From an uncultured Rikenellaceae bacterium (GTDB lineage Bacteria > Bacteroidota > Bacteroidia > Bacteroidales > VadinHA17), in assembly GCA_964638955.1 (NCBI GenBank), contig CAZWZQ010000002.1, forward strand, positions 2,883-66,882: DNA of 64,000 nucleotides, written 5' to 3'. Positions within the stretch are counted from its first letter, which is position 1. Every line of letters begins with the position of its first letter. The position numbers and the translations under genes are program-made. Shown here in pieces: positions 57,762 through 64,000 of the stretch. The notes beneath the pieces were generated by a model that was not told where the DNA came from, ran no database searches, and saw only the letters and a program-made list of their open reading frames with translations.

Positions 57762-59222
57762 ATGAGCCTTTATAAGAGATTAAAACCTGTACCGGTCTGG
57801 CACTATTTTGAAGAAATCTGTAAAATACCCCGCCTGTCAAAAAATGAAGAAAGAATAAGAGAATACCTGCTCGATTTCGCGAGGAAAAATAATCTTGAGT
57901 CAAAAGAGGATGATATCGGTAATATTCTGATAATCAAACCTGCTGCTCCTGGTATGGAAAAAAGGAAAACAGTAGTGCTTCAGAGTCACATGGACATGGT
58001 TGGAGAAAAAAATACTGATCATCCCCACGACTGGATGACAGATCCAATCGTACCCGTTGTAAATGGCAAATGGGTATCAGCTAATGGAACTACTCTGGGG
58101 GCAGATGACGGTATAGGGATTGCTTCTCAGATGGCTATCCTTACCGATAAAAAGCTTAAAGCTGGTAGAATAGAATGTCTTTTTACTGTCGATGAAGAAT
58201 CGGGAATGACAGGTGCCATAAATCTGAAACCCGGTTTTTTTACAGGGACAATACTTATAAACCTGGATTCGGAAGATGAAGGCATACTCTTCATTGGATG
58301 TGCAGGTGGCATTGATACTGTGGGCATAATGAAATATATTGCTGAACCTGTTCAGAAAGGAACCTCTGCCATTGAGATATCTGTAACAGGTCTTCACGGA
58401 GGTCATTCCGGTGATGAGATTCATAAAGGATATGGTAATTCTGTCAAGATAATGAACAGGATCCTCCGGAATCTCTCAAACGAGTATAACATTTCCATAA
58501 GCAATTTTGACGGAGGAAATCTGCGCAATGCCATTCCAAGAGAGGCATTTGCCACCATTGTGGTTGAAATATCTTCTGTTGAAAAGATATTAAGCCGGAT
58601 ATCAGACTTTTATTCAGTTGTTCTTGATGAGATGGGCAATATTGAAAAGGAGCTTAGCATATCTGCCAGGGAGGCTGATCTTCCTGCTTTTGTGATGGAC
58701 AGGGAGAATCAGGACAAACTGCTCGATTCACTTACCTGCTGTCCTCATGGTACTATTGCATGGTCGAAAGAAATGGAAGATCTTGTTGAAACTTCCACGA
58801 ATCTTGCATCTGTTAAATTCGAAGAGGACAATACAATAACCATTGTCACCACACAACGAAGTTCTATAGAATCTTCTAAACATGATGCTGCGGCAATGGT
58901 TGAATCATGTCTGAAACTGGCCGGGACAAAAGTAGTACATTCTGACGGATATCCCGGTTGGAAGCCAAACATGACCTCGGAGATACTGAAAATCACACGT
59001 CAATCATATAAAAAGCTATTCAGGCATGAACCACAAATCAGGGCTATTCATGCAGGCCTGGAGTGTGGGTTGATCTATGAGAAATTCAAGGGAATTGATA
59101 TGATCTCTTTTGGCCCGACCATCAGGGGAGCCCATACTCCTGAGGAGAAAATTGAAATAAAGACAGTTCAGATGTTCTGGGATCTTCTCATTGATGTGAT
59201 AACCAGAATACCTCTTAAATAG
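57762..59222 (+). CDS. pepD: Aminoacyl-histidine dipeptidase (M20C, PepD)
   Basis: 486 aa. N-terminus reads LKPVPVWHYFEEICKIPRLSKNEERIREYL. Motifs seen: HMDMV, TVDEESGMTGA, and IHAGLECG at the C-terminus. Confidence 0.9.
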   Translation: MSLYKRLKPVPVWHYFEEICKIPRLSKNEERIREYLLDFARKNNLESKEDDIGNILIIKPAAPGMEKRKTVVLQSHMDMVGEKNTDHPHDWMTDPIVPVVNGKWVSANGTTLGADDGIGIASQMAILTDKKLKAGRIECLFTVDEESGMTGAINLKPGFFTGTILINLDSEDEGILFIGCAGGIDTVGIMKYIAEPVQKGTSAIEISVTGLHGGHSGDEIHKGYGNSVKIMNRILRNLSNEYNISISNFDGGNLRNAIPREAFATIVVEISSVEKILSRISDFYSVVLDEMGNIEKELSISAREADLPAFVMDRENQDKLLDSLTCCPHGTIAWSKEMEDLVETSTNLASVKFEEDNTITIVTTQRSSIESSKHDAAAMVESCLKLAGTKVVHSDGYPGWKPNMTSEILKITRQSYKKLFRHEPQIRAIHAGLECGLIYEKFKGIDMISFGPTIRGAHTPEEKIEIKTVQMFWDLLIDVITRIPLK

Positions 59223-59239
59223 AGCTGTTATACAACTCT
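59221..59239. terminator. Weak hairpin between convergent pepD and the rubredoxin gene
   Basis: AGAGCTGT-TAT-ACAACTCT forms 7 bp with one mismatch. It overlaps the pepD stop codon and has only a short T-run. Confidence 0.3.
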
Positions 59240-59252
59240 TTCCTGTTCCCGT

Positions 59253-59414
59253 TTAATCACAACTAAAAAACTGGTCTTTCCCCGCTCCACACAGGGGACA
59301 AACATAATCATCAGGGAGGTCATTGAATTCTGTGCCTGGCTTAATACCACCTGCAGGATCCCCTTTTTCAGGATCATAAACATATCCACAGATATCACAC
59401 TTAAAACATTCCAT
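59253..59414 (-). CDS. Rubredoxin
   Basis: Below the ORF-track size cut-off. Hand translation gives [53 protein letters not shown], with the two rubredoxin knuckles CxxCG and CPxCG. It lies 10 nt downstream of citF. Confidence 0.85.
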   Translation of the reverse strand: MECFKCDICGYVYDPEKGDPAGGIKPGTEFNDLPDDYVCPLCGAGKDQFFSCD

Positions 59415-59424
59415 ACCAGTAAAG

Positions 59425-60981
59425 TTAAGTTTTGATTTTTCTTATTACGTCTATTACGGTACCGTCGACCCATTTGACTGCTGCAACAATTTTCTCATCA
59501 AATATTGCTCTTTCAGGTATTCCGCAAATTCTCTCAGCCTCATCTTTTAATTCCTGAATTGTTTTCAATGGCAGGCCACTACCTTTTACACTCTTTATAA
59601 GGTCTTTACGTAATGGATTTATCGCTATTCCTCTTTCCGTAATTATGACATCAATAAGTTCACCGGGTCCGCACAGTGTTGTTACTTCATCAACAATCAC
59701 AGGTATCCTGTCGCGAAAAAGCGGAATTGGCAGGATAACATTCCGGGCATGAAGACAGTTTTGCCAACCGCCGATACCATGAAGAAGGTAACCATCTGAA
59801 TGGGTAACAACATTCCCGTTAAAATTGAGGTCCACCTCTGTTGCTCCAAGTATCATTATATCCATCATACTGGTAAGGTTACCCTTGGAATGGTAATTAT
59901 AAGCATTAAAGACAGAGTATGGAACATGGTTGGGATTGGTTTCCACTGATTTAACGGCATCCAGGTCAAATGCTTGTGCGTCAAGTATATAACCCATCTG
60001 CCCCTCCTCGAGCATCTTCACCATGTACTTTGTACTCCCGCCAAAACCAAATTTCGATTTCCATCCTTTATGCTTTAATATCTCATGTACAAATACTGCA
60101 ATAGCCAGGGATGTGCCCCCTGCCCCGGCCTGCATTCTTATACCATTCGCGAGTATTCCCGATTTTTCAAGAAATGATGCAGTCAGTTCTGCAATAAGCA
60201 GCCGGTCAGGACTTTTGGTTATCCGGGTGGTACCTGACACTATTTTCTCCGGAATTCCGATTTTATCGACAACAACGACATAATCGACATAGTTGCCTTC
60301 AATCTCCATAGGAAAGCATGGCAGGTCAACAAGGTTGTCAGTAACAACGATTACCCTTGATGCATACAAGGCATCGGCTTTTGCATAACCAAGTACACCG
60401 CATGCTGAATCCCCCCCGGTACCCTTTGCATTTCCAAATGAATCGGAAGAGGGAGCAGACAGTACCGCAATATCAATCTTCACTTCTCCATCCTGTATAG
60501 CCTGTACCCGTCCTCCATGGGATCTGAGTACAGCAGTTCCCTTCATTTTTCCTTCCGATACATATCTGCCCAGGGGGCCGTTCATACTTCCCTCTATTCT
60601 GTTTACGGTTCCATCATCGAGGTATTTGATTACAGGATCGTTACATGGAAATGATGCTGAAGGGAACCAGACCAGGTCCTTCACTCCCATTTCTGACGCA
60701 ATTTCAAATATTTTGTTACTGATAAGGTCACCCTCTCTCAGATGATGATGGGTTGATATCGTCATTCCGCTACGAAGACCGCATTTCTGTAATGCTTCAG
60801 CAAGAGAACTTACCACCTTATTCCCATCGGTGGGATAATCAGAACAGGTAGGTATTGGCGGTGCATATTTCACTCCTGCCGGCCGGTGTTTCCCGACACC
60901 TTTGAACGGCACAACAGGCTGGCCGTTTATTTCCAGTGGAACCGATCTGCCTGCAGCATTTATAACTGTCTTTCCCTTCAT
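59425..60981 (-). CDS. citF: Citrate lyase alpha subunit / citrate CoA-transferase-like
   Basis: The track start at 61053 overlaps citE. The ATG at 60981 ([11 protein letters not shown]) leaves a 16-nt gap. Similarity to E. coli CitF is seen throughout by eye ([60 protein letters not shown]). Confidence 0.85.
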   Translation of the reverse strand: MKGKTVINAAGRSVPLEINGQPVVPFKGVGKHRPAGVKYAPPIPTCSDYPTDGNKVVSSLAEALQKCGLRSGMTISTHHHLREGDLISNKIFEIASEMGVKDLVWFPSASFPCNDPVIKYLDDGTVNRIEGSMNGPLGRYVSEGKMKGTAVLRSHGGRVQAIQDGEVKIDIAVLSAPSSDSFGNAKGTGGDSACGVLGYAKADALYASRVIVVTDNLVDLPCFPMEIEGNYVDYVVVVDKIGIPEKIVSGTTRITKSPDRLLIAELTASFLEKSGILANGIRMQAGAGGTSLAIAVFVHEILKHKGWKSKFGFGGSTKYMVKMLEEGQMGYILDAQAFDLDAVKSVETNPNHVPYSVFNAYNYHSKGNLTSMMDIMILGATEVDLNFNGNVVTHSDGYLLHGIGGWQNCLHARNVILPIPLFRDRIPVIVDEVTTLCGPGELIDVIITERGIAINPLRKDLIKSVKGSGLPLKTIQELKDEAERICGIPERAIFDEKIVAAVKWVDGTVIDVIRKIKT

Positions 60982-60997
60982 TTTGTTGAACAATAAG

Positions 60998-62230
60998 CTA
61001 TTTGCCCTCTTGTGAAGATATTTCCTTAATCCAGTTCTTTGATAATTTGCCAAGTCTTATTGCCAGATCAATATTTTTTTGAGCCCGGGTAACAACCGGC
61101 AGGTCTATCATTTTTGAGCCAAGGGCAACAACACCAAGTCCTTTCTGCCTGGCTTCCTTAAATGCAGATACAATTTTCTTCGATTTTTCTATCTCTGCTT
61201 CATCAGGTGCAAAACCCTGATTTATTACAGCAATCTGGCGGGGATGAATGCAACCCATACCTTCAAATCCCATCGCTTTGGAATTCAGCACATTCTGCCT
61301 GAGCCCTTCCATATCGCCCACATCCGAAAATACCGAATCAATAGGTTGTTTACCCGCAGCCTTTGCAGCAATAATAAGCCTGCTTCTGGCATATAACGAC
61401 TCCTTTCCTTCTTTAGTCCTGGATACTCCCAGGTCAGCCGTAAAATCTTCGAGTCCGATCGCCATGGCAACAACATTTTTTGAAGCTTTCGCAATGCTGA
61501 ACGAGTTTTCCAATCCAAGTGCACTTTCAATTATCGGCATCAGGAAAACCGGATTCTTAATCCCTGCTCTCTTTATTATTGAGGATATCTCCCTGTCAAC
61601 ATTTATTACCTCACCGGGAGTTTCGCATTTTGGTATAAGTACAAGATTAACATTATGTGGTATCACTGATTGCAGATCCTTTAAACCCATGGCGCCCCGG
61701 TTTATCCTCACCATTCTCTCGACACCCAGAAAATTAACCTGGCGGAGTGCGTTTCTCACGAGTATCCTGGCTTCATCCTTTCGTTCGGGTGCAACCGAGT
61801 CTTCCAGGTCGAGAATAATTCCACTGGCAGAATGCAATCCAGCATTAAGCATCAAGCCGGGAGTGTTGCCCGGAAGATAGAGTCGGGAGAATCTGAACCT
61901 GTCAACCGATGTCGTGTACCTGTTTTCTTTTATATGCTCAGGCAGAAATCCAAGATCATTATTAACCAGTTTTTTTATTGCGGCTTCCATTCTTGCAGCA
62001 ATAACAAAAGGTAATGCTCCGGAGTCATTTATCCTCACTTTTGCATTCTTGATTTTATAGAAGCTCAGGACCTCTTCAGAGAGTTTTATGATTGACTTGC
62101 CATAAAGTGTTTTAACCCTGGATGCCAGATCAATATCAATCCCGGTTCCCGATTTAAGCTCCAGAATAATTTCACAGTCCGATCTTATCCCTGGACCTGC
62201 ATTACCTGCGGTAGCAATCATCCTGTTCAT
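60998..62230 (-). CDS. citE: Fusion of a citrate lyase acyl-carrier (CitD-like, ~95 aa N-terminus) and the citrate lyase beta subunit / citryl-CoA lyase (CitE, HpcH/HpaI fold)
   Basis: 410 aa. N-terminus reads ATAGNAGPGIRSDCEIILEL...INDSGALPFVIAARMEAAIKKL, resembling CitD (AGTLESSD...DKGALDCILRARLE). The remainder reads LYLPGNTP...ILDLEDSVAPERKDEAR...IESALGL...IHPRQI, resembling CitE. Confidence 0.8.
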   Translation of the reverse strand: MNRMIATAGNAGPGIRSDCEIILELKSGTGIDIDLASRVKTLYGKSIIKLSEEVLSFYKIKNAKVRINDSGALPFVIAARMEAAIKKLVNNDLGFLPEHIKENRYTTSVDRFRFSRLYLPGNTPGLMLNAGLHSASGIILDLEDSVAPERKDEARILVRNALRQVNFLGVERMVRINRGAMGLKDLQSVIPHNVNLVLIPKCETPGEVINVDREISSIIKRAGIKNPVFLMPIIESALGLENSFSIAKASKNVVAMAIGLEDFTADLGVSRTKEGKESLYARSRLIIAAKAAGKQPIDSVFSDVGDMEGLRQNVLNSKAMGFEGMGCIHPRQIAVINQGFAPDEAEIEKSKKIVSAFKEARQKGLGVVALGSKMIDLPVVTRAQKNIDLAIRLGKLSKNWIKEISSQEGK

Positions 62231-62238
62231 GATTGGTT

Positions 62239-62652
62239 TTAATTATTTGTTTTATCCTCACAGATCTCGATCAATACTCCTGAAGTTGATTTTGGGTGAA
62301 GAAAGGCGATATCCAGGTTCTCGGCGCCCTTCCTCGGAGATTTATCAATAAGCACTACACCATTCTCTTCAGCCTGCTGCAATTGTTTTTCAATATCATT
62401 CACGGCAAAGGCAATATGGTGAATTCCTTCACCTCTTTTTTTAATGAATCTCCCAATTGGTCCTTCGAGGTCTGTTGACTCCAGAAGCTCAATTTTGGTC
62501 TGACCTACCCTGAAAAATGCAGTTCGCACTTTCTGGTCGGGAACCTCCTCAACCTTATAGCATTTCAGACCAAAGATTTTTTCATAAAGGTCAATTGAGG
62601 CTTCAAGGTTATTTACTGCAATACCAATATGCTCAATATGTGAAGGTTCCAT
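62239..62652 (-). CDS. mce: Methylmalonyl-CoA epimerase (VOC/glyoxalase fold)
   Basis: 137 aa: IEHIGIAVNNLEASIDLY...KIELLES...GEGIHHIAFAVNDI...HPKSTSGVLIEI. Confidence 0.85.
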   Translation of the reverse strand: MEPSHIEHIGIAVNNLEASIDLYEKIFGLKCYKVEEVPDQKVRTAFFRVGQTKIELLESTDLEGPIGRFIKKRGEGIHHIAFAVNDIEKQLQQAEENGVVLIDKSPRKGAENLDIAFLHPKSTSGVLIEICEDKTNN

Positions 62653-62667
62653 AATGTAAAATAATTG

Positions 62668-64000
62668 TTAGAACGGAAATTCGACCGGAGTTACTATATC
62701 CGGTTTTTCGGTTTCAGGTTTTTGCGCAACCTCATGTACCGGAAGTCCATCTACAAAAATTGCTTTGTAAGGAGTTGTCGGACAGGCAAACTCACAATGT
62801 CCGCAGCCAATACAAATCTCATTATTTGTTTCCGGGATCACCAGGTTTCCCTCATAGGGGACCATATATACTGCTTTTGTAGGGCAGGCTTCAGAACACG
62901 CACCGCAGGCTGTCTTTTCAGTTTTTACTATACAATTATCCTTTATGAAGATTGCTTTTCCGATCCGTGTCAGCTTCTTGGCTTCCAGTACAAGCGGATG
63001 AAGTGCATTAGTAGGGCATATCTCGGTACAAACTGTACAATTATAAGTGCAAAAACTTTTATGATAATCCATTACGGGCTGCATCATGCCTTTCACACCA
63101 TATTGAAGAAGAGCCGGCTGCAGGACATTGTTAGGACAGGCAGTAATACAAAGTGAACAGGCGGTGCAGTCTGTATTAAAATCTTCAATGGAATTCCCTC
63201 CCGGAGGACATACCGGACAGGTCTTTCCCTCCTTAACTGTAGATGCTTTTGTCGGTACCGGAGTTTTTTTATCCTGACTTCTTGCTGTATATGGAAGCCC
63301 AAAAAGCATCGCCAGAGATGCAGCAATGAATTTCCGCTTCTTCACATCAGTTTTATGCACTTTTCTTTTAACGTTTACAAAGCCATACGATATTGCTTTA
63401 TCGGGACATATTTTAATACAATTAAAACAATCGACACACCGGCTTACATCAATATGGCTGTTAAGAAAATCTATACACGACGATTTGCATCCTACAGAAC
63501 AGAGGCCGCATTTTGAGCATTGGCTTTCGTTTATTTTTATCCTGAAGAGGGATACTTTCGACAGAAGCCCCAGCAAAGTGCCTACAGGACATATCATATT
63601 ACAGTAAAGACGTCCCCTGGTCAGGGAAAGCAAACCCACCAGTATAAAAAATCCTGCAGGTATTGAATATGCAGTCAAATGGAATCCCCCGATATCCAGA
63701 TGACTGAGTGTATAAATATCGAATTTCCCAAGTATTCCTGCAACAAAATTATTAAGGAGAATGACAACAGGTTTGGCAAAGAATGTCATGAATCTGCCAA
63801 AGATACTAAATGGATCAAGCAGGGTAAGAAGGTAAACGCCCCAAACTATTGTGACGGTCAGCGTTATTACGAGAAGAGAGTATCTGATTACGGTATAGGG
63901 TTTCTTATATCCGAATCTTCTGAACTTCTTCTTAATACGACCGCCGATCCTGCTGAAAATATCCTGCCCTATACCGAGCGGACACAGAAAGGAACAATAT
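62668..64000 (-). CDS. Membrane-bound polyferredoxin (NapH/YccM-like 4Fe-4S binding protein), N-terminus beyond the right edge of the window
   Basis: The track lists it from the internal ATG at 63789. Hand translation shows the frame stays open to 64000 (...YCSFLCPLGIGQDIFSRIGG...). It has TM helices, CNMICPVG, and at least four CxxCxxCxxxCP ferredoxin motifs. Confidence 0.8.
   Translation of the reverse strand, partial: YCSFLCPLGIGQDIFSRIGGRIKKKFRRFGYKKPYTVIRYSLLVITLTVTIVWGVYLLTLLDPFSIFGRFMTFFAKPVVILLNNFVAGILGKFDIYTLSHLDIGGFHLTAYSIPAGFFILVGLLSLTRGRLYCNMICPVGTLLGLLSKVSLFRIKINESQCSKCGLCSVGCKSSCIDFLNSHIDVSRCVDCFNCIKICPDKAISYGFVNVKRKVHKTDVKKRKFIAASLAMLFGLPYTARSQDKKTPVPTKASTVKEGKTCPVCPPGGNSIEDFNTDCTACSLCITACPNNVLQPALLQYGVKGMMQPVMDYHKSFCTYNCTVCTEICPTNALHPLVLEAKKLTRIGKAIFIKDNCIVKTEKTACGACSEACPTKAVYMVPYEGNLVIPETNNEICIGCGHCEFACPTTPYKAIFVDGLPVHEVAQKPETEKPDIVTPVEFPF

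Noticed and set aside
59228-59473. 81-aa track ORF on the minus strand
   Set aside because: It overlaps the rubredoxin gene in a different frame and has no motifs. The 53-aa rubredoxin frame, with its CxxCG and CPxCG motifs, is the real gene.
61248-61880. 210-aa plus-strand ORF
   Set aside because: It is antisense to the CitE portion of the fusion gene and has no recognisable domain.
62665-63156. 163-aa plus-strand ORF
   Set aside because: It is antisense to the polyferredoxin gene. The Cys richness simply mirrors the sense-strand ferredoxin motifs.
1-64000. Search for tRNA/rRNA genes, CRISPR arrays, IS elements, integrases, phage genes, toxin-antitoxin or defence-system genes
   Set aside because: None were seen. 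No intergenic region contains tRNA-like T-arm sequences or spaced direct repeats. Every ORF over 100 aa is accounted for by a housekeeping, envelope or carbohydrate-active family. This was a by-eye scan only, with no tRNAscan or HMM run.

Overview
The window reads as a chromosomal segment of an AT-rich Bacteroidota (Bacteroidales-like) genome. G+C is about 40% by eye and was not computed. The taxonomic call rests on several observations: a T9SS type-B C-terminal sorting domain, exact TAnnTTTG -7 boxes with no Shine-Dalgarno sequences, divergent tsaD/tamB, the guaB-ppiD-surA-ostA gene order, and rseC-rnfBCDGEA.

I support 53 protein-coding genes, almost all housekeeping:
- Information processing: tex (partial, missing from the ORF track), rlmI, recQ, recG, tsaD, relA/spoT, fur.
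- Metabolism: guaB, purA, glyA, pepD, PduO-type adenosyltransferase, an acyl-CoA ligase, an IDH-like dehydrogenase.
- Envelope: parvulin/SurA chaperones, an OstA-like protein, TamB, ExbB-ExbD-TonB, an M16 peptidase pair, a T9SS cargo protein.
- Energy: rseC-rnfBCDGEA.
- A small glycan-degradation cluster at 3.8-12.9 kb: a TAT-exported Gfo/Idh/MocA protein, GH3 with PA14, a GH31 lipoprotein, and an unassigned glycosidase-like protein.

Two genes absent from the ORF track were recovered by hand translation: the tex N-terminus (1-1005, minus strand) and a 53-aa rubredoxin (59253-59414, minus strand). The last ORF, a membrane polyferredoxin, runs off the right edge of the window.

I found no tRNA, rRNA, CRISPR array, transposase, integrase, phage gene or recognisable defence gene, and no convincing novel multi-gene system.

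The observations most worth a second look are:
1. A tightly packed minus-strand operon: polyferredoxin, methylmalonyl-CoA epimerase, a CitD::CitE fusion, CitF and rubredoxin, with no citC/citX/citG in view.
2. A tex leader built entirely of phased short repeats.
3. A GC-rich, Pro/Gly-rich in-frame insertion in the GH31 gene.
4. A roughly 70-nt GC-rich island in an AT-rich intergenic region.
5. A lipoprotein serpin.
6. A truncated ClC channel remnant abutting glyA.

All functional calls come from motif and sequence recognition by eye, with no database searches.
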